NCBI GenBank assembly: GCA_963748015.1
Contig: CAVVHE010000009.1
Coordinates: forward strand, 224,001-288,000
Direction of reading: 5' to 3'
Source of the DNA: Terriglobia bacterium
GTDB taxonomy: Bacteria; Acidobacteriota; Polarisedimenticolia; Polarisedimenticolales; JAIQFR01
DNA length: 64,000 bases
Shown piece after piece: positions 1-10,153 of this stretch (within the stretch, counting starts at the first letter, position 1; each line of letters begins with the position of its first letter). The position numbers were made by a program, and so were the translations under genes. The notes below the pieces were generated by a model, which made no database searches, had not been told where the DNA came from, and saw only the letters and a list, made by a program, of their open reading frames with translations.

Positions 1-423
1 CTCTTCTCCATGAGCGGCCAGCTCAACGAGCTCGGCTTCATGGGCTTCGTGGGCGAGCGGCTGGCCGGGATGCTGGGGGGCCTTCCCTGGTTCGGGGCCT
101 ACCTGATTCTGGTCGTGGCCTACGTGCTGTTGCACTACCTGTTCGTCAGCCAGACGGCGCACGTCCTGGCCCTATTCGCCGTCTTCCTCGGGGTGGGGGT
201 GAAGCTCGGCGTCCCGGCCGCCCCCCTCGCGTTCCTCCTGCTCTTCGCGAGCAACTTCTTTTCCGCCATCACCCCCCAGGGGTCGAGCGCCAACCTCCTC
301 TTCGCGGGGAGCGGCTATCTCACCCAGGGAGAACTGTACAAGCTGGGCGCGATCACCACGGCCTTCAACCTCGTGGTCTACCTCGCCGTGGGAACGCCCT
401 GGCTGCTACTCGTCGCTCGATGA
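1..423 (+). CDS. DASS-family (dicarboxylate/anion:Na+ symporter) transporter, 3' part (5'-truncated by window)
   Basis: Frame open from base 1. Hydrophobic helices with HYLFVSQTAH and TPQGSSANLLFAGSGY motifs typical of CitT/TtdT/DASS C-termini. Confidence 0.8.
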   Translation, partial: LFSMSGQLNELGFMGFVGERLAGMLGGLPWFGAYLILVVAYVLLHYLFVSQTAHVLALFAVFLGVGVKLGVPAAPLAFLLLFASNFFSAITPQGSSANLLFAGSGYLTQGELYKLGAITTAFNLVVYLAVGTPWLLLVAR

Positions 424-504
424 GGAGGGGGCGACGCGTGAAGTCGACGTCCATGGATCCGAAAAGCCGCCCGTGACAGGGCTCGCAAACAAGGAGAATC
501 GACC

Positions 505-1575
505 ATGAAGCTACGCTCCGTTTCCACGTTCGTCCTCGCGGCATTCCTGGCCGCCACGTGCGCGACCCTGGCCGTCTCCGCCGCGGAGCTCCCGAAGGTC
601 GTCATCCTCGCCACGGGAGGAACGATCGCCGGCGTGCAGCCGAAGGAGGGCGAGCCGGGCTACAAGTCCGGCAGCCTATCGATCGACTCCCTCATCAAGG
701 CCGCGCCCGGGGTCGACAAGATCGCTCGTCTCGAAGGCGAGCAGATCGCGAGTATCGGCAGCCAGGACATGAACGACGCGGTCTGGTTCAAGCTCGCGCG
801 GCGAGCGAACGAGCTCCTGGCCTCGCCCGACGTGGCGGGGATCGTCGTCACCCACGGCACCGACACCCTGGAGGAGACCGGTTACTTCCTCGACCTCGTC
901 CTGAAGAGCGACAAGCCGGTGGTGCTGGTGGGCTCCATGCGGCCCGCGACCTCCACGAGCCCCGACGGCCCGCTGAACCTCTACAACGGCGTCGCCGTCG
1001 CCGCCGATCCTGCGTCGAAGGGGCGAGGCGTGCTCGTGGTCGCGAACGACGACGTGCACGAGGCGCGCTACATCCACAAGACGAACACGACCGACGTGCA
1101 GACCTTCGTGTCGCCGAACCGGGGACCGGTGGGCGAGGCGTACTACGGCAAGATGAAGTACTACAGCAATTCGACGGAGCGCCGCACCACGAAGAGCGAG
1201 TTCTCCCTCGACGGCATCGACGCGCTTCCGCGCGTGGACATCGTCTACCCGCACGAGAACGTGGACGGGACGCTCGTGAAGGCCTCGGTCGCTGCGGGCG
1301 CCAAGGGGATCGTCCTGGCCGGTGTGGGCGACGGCAACGCGACGAAGGACATGATCGACGCGCTCGCCGACGCGGCGAAGAAGGGGGTCGTGGTCGTCCG
1401 CAGCAGCCGGGTCGGGAGCGGAATCGTGCGGCGGAACATCGAGCTCAACGATGACCAGCTCGGCTTCGTTGCCGCGATGGACCTGAACCCGCAAAAGGCG
1501 CGCGTGCTGCTCCGCATGGCGCTGACCAAGTCGAAGGACGTCAAGCAGATCCAGCGCTACTTCGAAGAATACTGA
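505..1575 (+). CDS. ansB: Secreted type II L-asparaginase/glutaminase
   Basis: Signal peptide; ATGGTIAG and HGTDTLEET catalytic motifs; SQDM and LNPQKAR; AAGGAG SD upstream. Confidence 0.92.
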   Translation: MKLRSVSTFVLAAFLAATCATLAVSAAELPKVVILATGGTIAGVQPKEGEPGYKSGSLSIDSLIKAAPGVDKIARLEGEQIASIGSQDMNDAVWFKLARRANELLASPDVAGIVVTHGTDTLEETGYFLDLVLKSDKPVVLVGSMRPATSTSPDGPLNLYNGVAVAADPASKGRGVLVVANDDVHEARYIHKTNTTDVQTFVSPNRGPVGEAYYGKMKYYSNSTERRTTKSEFSLDGIDALPRVDIVYPHENVDGTLVKASVAAGAKGIVLAGVGDGNATKDMIDALADAAKKGVVVVRSSRVGSGIVRRNIELNDDQLGFVAAMDLNPQKARVLLRMALTKSKDVKQIQRYFEEY

Positions 1576-1611
1576 GGCGCAGGCGATTCGGGAAGGCCGG
1601 AAGTTGCTCTC

Positions 1612-4600
1612 ATGACGCGACGGCGCAGGCTCCTCTGGGCCGTCGCCGTCGCAGCGGTTGCGATAGGCGTGGCCGCCGTGGCGGCAAGGCTCTTCGTTCC
1701 GCCGTGGCTGCACTCCCGGTTCGAGCGGGCGGGTAGCGAGGCGCTGGGCCGCGAGGTCAGGATCGCCGGGCCCTTCGGCCTGTCGCTCTCGTCGCGCCCC
1801 ACGCTCGTGGCGGAGGGCCTCACCCTCGCCAACGCGCGGTGGGGGAGCGAGCCGGTCATGATCCGGGTCGCCCGGGTCAAGGTCTCGGTGGACCTCTGGT
1901 CGCTCCTATCGCCCCCCGTGCGGGTCGAGGATCTCGAGATCGACGGCGTCCGGATCCTGCTCGAAGCGGATGCCGACGGCCGCGGCAACTGGGAATTCGA
2001 GAGGCGAACTCCGGCGGGCCCGGCCGCGTCCGACCGCCGTCCGCCTCTCGTTTTCGGGCATGCCGCGATCCGCGATCTCGAGGTCATCGTTCTCCCGCAC
2101 CTCGAAAAGCCCGCCTTGAAGCTCGGCGTGAGCCGGCTCGAGGCCCGGCTCGACCCGGCGACCGGGATGATCGGCCTCGAAGCCGCGGGGCACTTCAACG
2201 ACGCGCGGTGGGATGTCGCAGGCAAGCTCGGGACACTCGACCGTCTCTACGAATTCCGCGACGTGGAGCAAGACGTCGCCGGGCATGTCGCCGCCGCGAA
2301 GCTCACGCTTCGAGGTCGCGTCGGCGACCCGCTGGCTCTCGGCGACCCCAATCTCGTGGCCGAGGTCGAGGGACCCGACATCGCCGCGGCCCTGGCGACG
2401 GTGGGCCTCCGGTCCCCGCTCTCGGGGCCGTTCCACGCGCGAGCCCGGTTATCCCCCGCGACAGAAGGGGTCGACGTCGATTTGACCGCGGAGAATGGCG
2501 GCGTGACCGCGGGCGTGCGCGGCCGCGTCGGTGCGCTTCTCGAGCCGAACGCGGTCGATGCGAGGGTCGAGATGTCGGGGCCGGACGCGTCGGTCGTCGG
2601 AGCGTGGGCCAAGGTCGAGGGCGTTCCCAAGCGGCCGTTCGAGGTCGCGGGCCACGTCCGCCGCGACGGCCCACGGTTCTCGGTCGACGACGTGAAGGCC
2701 CGGGTGGGTGGGACGTCGCTCGCCGCGAGCGGGACGATCGGCGCGTCGCCGCGATGGGTCGGCACGGACCTGGCGGTGACGGCGACCGGAGCCGATCTCT
2801 CCGAGCTCTCGGCGCTGTCTCGCGTTCGACTCCCGGCGGGGAGATTCGCCGTTCGTGGGCGTTTCCTGCGCCGGGAGGACACCCTCGCGGTGGACGACGT
2901 CGAGATCGGGACGCAGGACGCGACGGTTCGGCTGAGCGGCACGCTCGGCGAGCCGCCCCGGCTCGAGAACCTCGACATGGCGTTCGACGCCTCGGGGCCG
3001 GATCTCTCGAGGTTCTCGCGGATCGCGGCGCTCGAGCTGCCGCGCGAGCCGTTCGCGCTCAAGGGGCGCATCGCCCGAGCCGGCGACGTGTTCGACCTCG
3101 AGGGAGTGGAAGGCCGACTCGGCGACAACGCCGTCAACCTCGAGGGCAGCCTCGGCCGGGCGCCTCGCCTCGAGGGGAGCGATCTTCGCGTGCGGATCGC
3201 GGGACCCGACCTCGCGAGAGCCGGGGCGTTGGTGGAGTTGGAAGGCGTCCCCGCGGAGCCGTACACCGTGGCGGGCCGGATCCGCGTCGTTCCCGACGGC
3301 TACCGGCTCGACGGCGTCGAGGCGCACGCGGGACGCGTGACCGTGCGCGTGGACGGCCGCCTGGGCACCCGGCCGGCCGAGAACGGCACCGAGGTCGACA
3401 GCTCCGTCGAAGGATCGGCGCTCTCGGATCTCGCCGCGTGGGGTGTCGAGACCGGCCTACCCTCCGATCCGTTCCGTTTCGCGGGACGTCTTCGCATCGA
3501 GAACCGCGTCGTTGGCGTCGACCGTGCGGTCGCCGAGGTCGGAGCCGATCGCGCGACGATCGACGGCACGCTGGGCCGGCTGCCCGAGCTCTCGTCCCTG
3601 GACATCGGCGTCGAGGCGGCGGGGCCGAGCCTCGCGGACCTCGGGCGTTTCGTTTCGGCCGCGGGCGGCGAGCCTCCGAGCCGCCTTCCTGCCGGGCCGT
3701 ACACGCTCTCCGCCAGGGTCCGTCTGGCTCGCGAGGGGCTCGAGCTGCGCGAGGCTCGGGCGACGGTGGGTAACGCCGAGATCGGTCTCGACGGCACCCT
3801 CGGATTCGGCGCGAAGCTCCACGGCACGGACCTGCGCTTCGACGCCCGGGTGCCGGACTCCGCGCTCGCGTCGGGACTGGCCGGCGTCACTCTCCCCGAG
3901 GGGCCCGTCGAGCTCCGTGGAAGGGTCGAGCGCGTCGACTCGGGGTTCCGCTTCGACGGCGTGTCGGTCTTGCTCGGCGACGCGCATGCGGAGCTCTCGG
4001 GGACGCTGGGCGACGCGCCGGAGCGCGCGGGGACGGCTTTCGACGTGACGGTCGAGGGGCCGGACCTCGCCGCGGCCCTGGGTCCCGTCACCGGCCTGTC
4101 GCCGCTCCCCGCCGACGCGTTCGCAGTCTCGGCGCACCTCGAGGGAAACGGCAGGCGAATCACGTCGAAGCGCTTCGTCGCGCGGCTCGGCGAGAACGAC
4201 CTGGAAGGAAGCGTGTCCGTCGGCTTCGAGGGCCGTCCCGCCGTCGAGGCCGACCTCCGGTCGAGACACCTCGGCATCCCGCAGCTGCTCGATGGATTCC
4301 TCGGCGAGCCCGCGTCGGCTCCCGCGTCCCCGAAGAAGAAGCGTCACGAGCGAGAGACGGGTCTCCTTTTCCCCGACGAGCCGTTGGCGCTCGACCGGCT
4401 GCGATCGCTGGACGCGCAGGTCCGGTTGTCGGCGGCCGAGGTTGCGCTTCCCGGCGTGCTCCTCCACGACGTCCGCGTCGAGGTGAGTCTCCGCGACGGC
4501 GCCCTTCGCGTCGGAGACGCGGAAGGGGTGGGAGAGCGCGGCGGCCGAGCGACGGCGAGCCTTTCCCTGGAGCCCGCGGACGGCGGCTACCGGCTGCGGG

Positions 4601-5274
4601 CATCGGGTGGCCTCACCGGCGCCCGATTCGGTCTCTGGACGAAGGGGGAAGCGCGCGAGCAGATGCCTTCCCTCGACCTCGAGTTCGAGCTGGGGGGCGC
4701 CGGCCGGTCGTTCCACCAGATCGCCGCGAGCAGTGCCGGCCACGCGCTCTTCACGCTGGGCCCAGGGCGCGTCCCATCCAACCTCAGCGATGCCGTGACC
4801 TCGGGGGCTCTTCGCGGCCTCCTCGACGCGTTGAACCCGTTCCGGAAATCGTCCCCCTACACGGAGGTCGAGTGCGGCGTCGTCGCCGCGGAGCTCACGA
4901 GCGGAAAGATGGCCGTGGAGCCCATCGCCGCCCGCACGGACAGGATGACCATCCTCGGCCACGGGAAGCTCGATTTCGAGACCGAGGGCATCGATCTCGT
5001 CTGGACCCTCAAGCCGCGCGAGGGGGTCGGGATCACCGCCGGATCGATCGCCAATCCGTACATCAAGCTCGGCGGGACGCTGTCGGCCCCTTCTCTCGAC
5101 GCGAAGCCGCTCCAGGCCGCGGCCGCCACCGGCGCCGCGGTCGCCACCGCCGGGCTGACCGTGCTGTTCCGTGGAGTCTACGACCGCGTCACGGCCGAGA
5201 AGAAGGTGTGCGTCCAGGCGCTCGAGGACGCCCAGCGGCAGGCCGAGAAGCGCGGCGCCAGCGCCAAGCCATGA
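1612..5274 (+). CDS. AsmA-family protein with internal ~70-aa repeats
   Basis: N-terminal TM anchor and AsmA N-terminus (GREVRIAG...LANARWG...DGRGNW), repeated beta-rich modules, AsmA-like C-terminus (GKLDFETEGIDL...IKLGGTLSAP). Confidence 0.8.
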   Translation: MTRRRRLLWAVAVAAVAIGVAAVAARLFVPPWLHSRFERAGSEALGREVRIAGPFGLSLSSRPTLVAEGLTLANARWGSEPVMIRVARVKVSVDLWSLLSPPVRVEDLEIDGVRILLEADADGRGNWEFERRTPAGPAASDRRPPLVFGHAAIRDLEVIVLPHLEKPALKLGVSRLEARLDPATGMIGLEAAGHFNDARWDVAGKLGTLDRLYEFRDVEQDVAGHVAAAKLTLRGRVGDPLALGDPNLVAEVEGPDIAAALATVGLRSPLSGPFHARARLSPATEGVDVDLTAENGGVTAGVRGRVGALLEPNAVDARVEMSGPDASVVGAWAKVEGVPKRPFEVAGHVRRDGPRFSVDDVKARVGGTSLAASGTIGASPRWVGTDLAVTATGADLSELSALSRVRLPAGRFAVRGRFLRREDTLAVDDVEIGTQDATVRLSGTLGEPPRLENLDMAFDASGPDLSRFSRIAALELPREPFALKGRIARAGDVFDLEGVEGRLGDNAVNLEGSLGRAPRLEGSDLRVRIAGPDLARAGALVELEGVPAEPYTVAGRIRVVPDGYRLDGVEAHAGRVTVRVDGRLGTRPAENGTEVDSSVEGSALSDLAAWGVETGLPSDPFRFAGRLRIENRVVGVDRAVAEVGADRATIDGTLGRLPELSSLDIGVEAAGPSLADLGRFVSAAGGEPPSRLPAGPYTLSARVRLAREGLELREARATVGNAEIGLDGTLGFGAKLHGTDLRFDARVPDSALASGLAGVTLPEGPVELRGRVERVDSGFRFDGVSVLLGDAHAELSGTLGDAPERAGTAFDVTVEGPDLAAALGPVTGLSPLPADAFAVSAHLEGNGRRITSKRFVARLGENDLEGSVSVGFEGRPAVEADLRSRHLGIPQLLDGFLGEPASAPASPKKKRHERETGLLFPDEPLALDRLRSLDAQVRLSAAEVALPGVLLHDVRVEVSLRDGALRVGDAEGVGERGGRATASLSLEPADGGYRLRASGGLTGARFGLWTKGEAREQMPSLDLEFELGGAGRSFHQIAASSAGHALFTLGPGRVPSNLSDAVTSGALRGLLDALNPFRKSSPYTEVECGVVAAELTSGKMAVEPIAARTDRMTILGHGKLDFETEGIDLVWTLKPREGVGITAGSIANPYIKLGGTLSAPSLDAKPLQAAAATGAAVATAGLTVLFRGVYDRVTAEKKVCVQALEDAQRQAEKRGASAKP

Positions 5275-5437
5275 CCTCGCAGCGCCTCGTAATTTTGCGA
5301 GGCCAAATCCATGCGGCTGAGGGATAAACTGTGCCGAACCCGGCGACGGCGGCGAGTGCAGCATGGGTCCGGCCGGGTTCGAACCGGGGTGCCTCGAGCG
5401 GGAGCGAGAGTCCCGGCGCCCAGAGGAGGAAGCGATC

Positions 5438-7048
5438 ATGAAAACGAGTCGAGGCAAGGACGAGCTCTTTCTTCTGCCCGAGGAGGATCCGGTCCCGACG
5501 GAAGTCCCGCCGGGGGTGGACCGCCGGACGTTCCTGATGCGCAGCGCGGTCATCGGTTCCGCCGCGGTGATGTCGGGGATCCCGGTGTCGGAGATGGACC
5601 GGGTCGCCGCCGCAGCGGGGGAGCCCCCCAAGCCCGCCGCGGGGATGGCGTCGCAACTCGACGTGGTCAAGAAATCGAAGGGACCCGTCATGACCGTCCT
5701 GGAGGAGTTCTACAAGGTCGGACCGGGACCTTCCAGCTCCCACACCATCGGTCCGATGCGGATCTGCTACGACTTCTACCAGCGCTGTACCAAGCTGCCG
5801 AAGGACCAGCTGGCGAAAGCCACCGGGATCAAGGTCCACCTCTACGGCAGCCTGAGCGCGACCGGGAAGGGGCACGGCACCGAGCGCGCCGCGCTCGCCG
5901 GGATCATCGGCAAGGAGCCGGCGACGGTCGACCCGCTCTTCCTCGACGGCCTGAGGGACAAGCCCGACCAGACCTTCAAGGTGACGCTCGGGGGCAAGAC
6001 CTTCGATGCATCGCTGAAGGACATCATCTACGACGCCCCGAAGGGTAACTTCCCCCACCCCAACACGATGACCTGCAAGCTGATGGGCGGGGGCGGCGTG
6101 CTCCACGAGCTCGAGTACTACTCGGTCGGCGGCGGGTTCATCGAGTGGAAGGGGTACCAGCCCCCGAAGAAAGGACAGCCCAGGTACCCCTATGCCACGA
6201 TGAAGGAGCTGCTGGCACACACGCAGGCGAGCAAGCTCTCCTTCGCGCAGGTCGTCATGGCGAACGAGGTGGCGGTCTCCGGCAAGAGCGAGGCGGAGGT
6301 CAACGCGTTCCTCGACAAGATCGCCACCGCGATGGTCAACATCGTCAAGTCCGGGCTGAACGCCCCCCCCGCGACGCTGCCCGGCCCGATCAAGCTCAAG
6401 ACCAAGGCCGGCGAGGTCTACAGGCGCGCGATGGACGATACCTTCGTGGGGCAGCGCGGCGTCGGCGTCGTGTCGGCGTACGCCCTGGCGGGCTCGGAGG
6501 AGAACGCGCGCGGCCACCTCGTCGTCACGGCGCCGACGGGCGGCTCGGCCGGGGTCATTCCCGCCATCGTCTACGTGCTCGGCGAGGGCGGCCGCAAGCT
6601 GCCGCAGGAGAAGATCCGCAGCGGCCTCCTGGCGGGCGCCGCGATCGGATATCTCTGCAAGCACAACGCGACGCTCGCCGGTGCCGAGGGCGGCTGCCAG
6701 GCGGAGATCGGCGTCGCCTCCGCGATGGGCGCGGCGCTGATCGCCCAGGCGCACGACTTCGAGCCCCAGGTCGTCGCGAACGCCGCCGAATCCTCGCTCG
6801 AGCATCACCTCGGGCTGACGTGCGATCCCGTCGCCGGCTTCGTCCAGGTGCCCTGCATCGAGCGCTGCGCGTACGGCGCGGTGAAGTCGTGGACCGGCTT
6901 CATGATCGCGAGCAACGAGATCCCGGCCGACCGCCGCGTCGACTTCGACACGACCGTCGCGGCGATGGCGCTCACCGCGAAGGAGATGAACTCGAAGTAC
7001 AAGGAGACCTCGGAGGGCGGCCTGGCCGTGTCCGTGGTGCTCTGCTAA
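5438..7048 (+). CDS. sdaA: Fe-S L-serine ammonia-lyase (fused beta/alpha) with N-terminal twin-arginine signal
   Basis: GPGPSSSHTIGPM, LYGSLSATGKGHGT, YSVGGGF, GAEGGCQAEIG, LGLTCDPV.G.VQVPCIER, KYKETSEGGLA. GAGGAGG SD before ATG 5438. DRRTFL followed by a hydrophobic stretch. Confidence 0.9.
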   Translation: MKTSRGKDELFLLPEEDPVPTEVPPGVDRRTFLMRSAVIGSAAVMSGIPVSEMDRVAAAAGEPPKPAAGMASQLDVVKKSKGPVMTVLEEFYKVGPGPSSSHTIGPMRICYDFYQRCTKLPKDQLAKATGIKVHLYGSLSATGKGHGTERAALAGIIGKEPATVDPLFLDGLRDKPDQTFKVTLGGKTFDASLKDIIYDAPKGNFPHPNTMTCKLMGGGGVLHELEYYSVGGGFIEWKGYQPPKKGQPRYPYATMKELLAHTQASKLSFAQVVMANEVAVSGKSEAEVNAFLDKIATAMVNIVKSGLNAPPATLPGPIKLKTKAGEVYRRAMDDTFVGQRGVGVVSAYALAGSEENARGHLVVTAPTGGSAGVIPAIVYVLGEGGRKLPQEKIRSGLLAGAAIGYLCKHNATLAGAEGGCQAEIGVASAMGAALIAQAHDFEPQVVANAAESSLEHHLGLTCDPVAGFVQVPCIERCAYGAVKSWTGFMIASNEIPADRRVDFDTTVAAMALTAKEMNSKYKETSEGGLAVSVVLC

Positions 7049-7064
7049 CGGGTGAGAGGGTCGC

Positions 7065-8309
7065 GTGAGTCGAGGCACGAAGGCGGCCGGCGCCGCCGGC
7101 GTCGCATGGCTGATCACGGCCGTGTACTACTTCTACCAGTACACGCTGCGATCGGCGCCGGCCGTCATGATGCCGCAGCTCTCGGAGGCGTTCGGCCTGA
7201 GCGCGATGGGCGTCGCCTCGATGGTCGGCCTCTTCTACTGGGGCTACTCCCCGTTCAGCCTGGTGGCCGGCGCCGCGATGGACCGCTTCGGGCCGCAGCG
7301 GGTCGTCCCGATCGGCGCCGCGGCCGTCGGCATCGGGGCGTTGCTGTTCGCCACCGGCAACAGCCAGGCCGCGAGCGTCGGCCGGGTGCTCCAGGGCGCG
7401 GGGGGCGTCTTCGCTCTCGTGGGGGCGGTCTACATCGCCACGACGAGCTTCCCGGCCTCCCGCGCGGCCACGCTGATCGGGGCGACGCAGATGTTCGGAA
7501 TGGCCGGGGGATCGGCGGGGCAGTTCCTCGTCGGTCCCGCGATCTCCGCGGGCGTCCCCTGGAGCCGGTTCTGGCTCGTCATGGGCGTCGCGGGCCTCGC
7601 GATCGGCGCGGGGCTCTTCGTCCTGCTTCCCAGACAAGAGAAGCCGGAGCAGGGAAGCGCCTGGGTCAAGGGCGCGGCGCGCGCCATGGTCTCGGTCTTC
7701 AGGAACCCGCAGTCCATCCTGTGCGGGGTGATCGCGGGCCTTCTCTTCATTCCAACGACCATCTTCGACATGATCTGGGGGGTCCGGTTCCTGCAGGAGG
7801 CCCACGGGTACGAGTACGCGTCCGCGGTGATCCGCTCGGCCATGGTTCCCCTCGGCTGGATCATCGGCTGCCCGCTGCTCGGCTTTCTTTCCGACCGGCT
7901 CGGCCGGCGCAAGCCGGTGATCCTGGGGTCCGCCCTGGTCCTCCTGGCATGTCTCATCTGGATCCTCCACGGCCCCACGAACGTTCTTCCCCCCTATGTC
8001 CTCGGAATCGTGGCCGGAGTGGCTTCCGGCGCGGCGATGCTGCCGTACACCGTGATCAAGGAGGCGAACCCGCCAGAAATGAGCGGGACGGCCACGGGAG
8101 TGATCAACTTCCTGAATTTCACCTTCAGCGCCCTGCTTGGCCCGGTCTTCGGCTGGATCCTGCGGACCGTGTCCGGCGGGGCCGCCACGATGAAGGCGGA
8201 GCACTACCAAACGGCGTTCGAGCCGCTCCTCTACGGCGTGGGCCTGGCGATCATCCTCACGCTCGTCCTGAAGGAGACGGGGCCCGCGGTCCGCTCGCCG
8301 GTCCGGTAG
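7065..8309 (+). CDS. MFS transporter
   Basis: About 12 hydrophobic segments; motif A (GAAMDRFGPQR, GFLSDRLGRRK). Confidence 0.88.
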   Translation: MSRGTKAAGAAGVAWLITAVYYFYQYTLRSAPAVMMPQLSEAFGLSAMGVASMVGLFYWGYSPFSLVAGAAMDRFGPQRVVPIGAAAVGIGALLFATGNSQAASVGRVLQGAGGVFALVGAVYIATTSFPASRAATLIGATQMFGMAGGSAGQFLVGPAISAGVPWSRFWLVMGVAGLAIGAGLFVLLPRQEKPEQGSAWVKGAARAMVSVFRNPQSILCGVIAGLLFIPTTIFDMIWGVRFLQEAHGYEYASAVIRSAMVPLGWIIGCPLLGFLSDRLGRRKPVILGSALVLLACLIWILHGPTNVLPPYVLGIVAGVASGAAMLPYTVIKEANPPEMSGTATGVINFLNFTFSALLGPVFGWILRTVSGGAATMKAEHYQTAFEPLLYGVGLAIILTLVLKETGPAVRSPVR

Positions 8310-8403
8310 TCGCGCAAGAGGCCCTGGACCGGGCGATCGAGGAGCGCGCTCGACGGAGATCCGGCCTGCGGAGCGCGCGGCGTACGCGACCCGCACCCCG
8401 GTT

Positions 8404-9498
8404 TCACGGCACCCGGGGCGGCATCAGGAAGAGCGTCATCGCGAAGATCGCGTAGACCATCAACACCAAGGTGCCCACGAACCAGGCCGAGCGGCCGCCG
8501 TTCGTCACCAGCGTCGCCGTCAACGTCGCGATGAGCACCATCACGACCGCGCCCGGCCAGAACTCCAGGGTCATCGGCGCCGGTCCGACGACGTAGCTGA
8601 GCAGCACGAGCACCGGCGCCACGAAGAGCGCGATCTGCGCTGCGCTCCCCAGGGCGATGCCGACGCTCAGATCGAGCCGGTCCTTCCGGGCGGCCGAGAA
8701 CGCCGAGGCCATCTCCGCCGCGCCGCCCACGAGCGCCACGACGATGAACCCCACGAACGCCGCGCTCATCCCCATCTCCTCCGCGGCGACCTGGACCGAC
8801 TCGACGAACACCTCGCTGACCAGGGCCACGAGCAGCGTGACGCCGGCCAGCGTCGAGAGTGCCAGGCCCAGGGGCCACGGGGCCTCGTCTCCCTCCGCAT
8901 GCTCCGCGCTTCCGAAGACGTCGGGATGCGTCTTGAGCGAGAACAGGAGGCCGAGACCGTAGGCCACGATGAGGAGCACGGAGAGGCCCACGCTCAACGT
9001 CTGCGCGAACGCGGCCCCGGACGCCGAGTCGGCCTGGCCGATCGCCGACGGGATCAGGAGGGCGACGGTGGCCAGGAACAGCAGGCCGGCCTGCAGCCGC
9101 GCGCCGGCCCGGTTGAATTCCTGCACGTGATGCTTGAGTCCGCCCAGGAGGAACGACGCCCCGAGCATGAACAGCGTGTTGGCGACGATGGCCCCGGCGA
9201 TGGACGCCTTCACCAGCGTGTACTGCCCGGCGCGGAGGGCCGCGATCGCGATGACGAGCTCGGTCAGGTTCCCGAGCGTCGCGTTGAGCAGCCCGCCGAC
9301 CGCGTCGCCCGTCTTCGCGGCCACCGACTCCGTCGCGTGGCTGAGCAGCGCGGCCAGGGGCACGATGGCGAGAACGGAAAGGACGAAGAGGGCGGTTGCC
9401 GATTCCGGAGCGAGCTTGTTGGCGACCATCACGATCGGAACGAAGACGAGCAGCCAGAGCAGCGGGTTGCGGCGGATCTCCGCGAGGAGAGGGCTCAT
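8404..9498 (-). CDS. Ca2+/H+ antiporter (CaCA/Cax family)
   Basis: Alpha-repeats GGLLNATLGNLTELVIA and LVGGAAEMASA...IALGSAAQIALFVAP. Confidence 0.9.
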   Translation of the reverse strand: MSPLLAEIRRNPLLWLLVFVPIVMVANKLAPESATALFVLSVLAIVPLAALLSHATESVAAKTGDAVGGLLNATLGNLTELVIAIAALRAGQYTLVKASIAGAIVANTLFMLGASFLLGGLKHHVQEFNRAGARLQAGLLFLATVALLIPSAIGQADSASGAAFAQTLSVGLSVLLIVAYGLGLLFSLKTHPDVFGSAEHAEGDEAPWPLGLALSTLAGVTLLVALVSEVFVESVQVAAEEMGMSAAFVGFIVVALVGGAAEMASAFSAARKDRLDLSVGIALGSAAQIALFVAPVLVLLSYVVGPAPMTLEFWPGAVVMVLIATLTATLVTNGGRSAWFVGTLVLMVYAIFAMTLFLMPPRVP

Positions 9499-9674
9499 CG
9501 GAAAGACTCCTTCTCCGGCTGCGAGATCCGGCGCGGCGGCGCGCCCATTCTCGGCCTTGCCGGCGCCTTCACGGGCCCGACTCTGCCCTCTGTCGGATCG
9601 AGAATCAAGGGAAAAACGGGGCGCGCGGCTGCGAATCGCCCGAGGGGGCCGAGCGTCCGCGACGCCGGCCGGGA

Positions 9675-10142
9675 TCAGCGGGTCAGGGGAACGGCCTGCG
9701 CCAGCTCGTAGTTGACCACGGCGTCCAGCTTGTTCTCGAGCTGGAAGAAGCGCGTGACCTTCGCCGGAGGAAGCAGCTTGCGGAACGCCTTGACGTGCTT
9801 CTGCCGAACGGCCACCTCCTTGGCCTTGAGGTCCAGGTACTCGTCCAGGAGGCGGTTCGCCTGCTCGCCGGTGAGCGTCGCGTTGGAGTCGACGAACTCC
9901 TTGATCACGCGGACGAGACGGTCCCCGAGTCGGGCCATGTCGAGCCGATAGTCCCGGTAGGCCGGCCAGAACGCCAGGCCCTCTTCCTCGGTCAGCTCGA
10001 TGGCCTTGGCGACGATCGCCTGGCGGGACTTCTGGATCTCGGCCCGGGTCAACGCGACGTCCCCGGCCGGTTGAGCCGACGCGGGAGCCGCGAGCAGGAG
10101 GGCGAGGGCGAGCGTGGCCACCGTGGCTGCGACGTTCTTCAT
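9675..10142 (-). CDS. Secreted alpha-helical hypothetical protein
   Basis: Start MKNVAATV after GGAG; signal peptide; LTEEEGLAFWPAYRDY...KVTRFFQLENKL. The longer upstream ORF extension overlaps other genes. Confidence 0.7.
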   Translation of the reverse strand: MKNVAATVATLALALLLAAPASAQPAGDVALTRAEIQKSRQAIVAKAIELTEEEGLAFWPAYRDYRLDMARLGDRLVRVIKEFVDSNATLTGEQANRLLDEYLDLKAKEVAVRQKHVKAFRKLLPPAKVTRFFQLENKLDAVVNYELAQAVPLTR

Positions 10143-10153
10143 GCGAATGTCTC

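Noticed and set aside
5284..5303. Short inverted repeat GCCTCGTAA-TT-TTGCGAGGC after the AsmA gene
   Set aside because: Single imperfect copy with no U-tract; cannot distinguish operator, weak terminator or chance.
5370..5392. GGTTCGAACC resembling a tRNA T-loop
   Set aside because: No D-arm, anticodon arm or acceptor stem can be built on either strand.
9500..9670. Possible metal riboswitch upstream of the Ca2+/H+ antiporter
   Set aside because: Could not identify the conserved yybP-ykoY or M-box core motifs.
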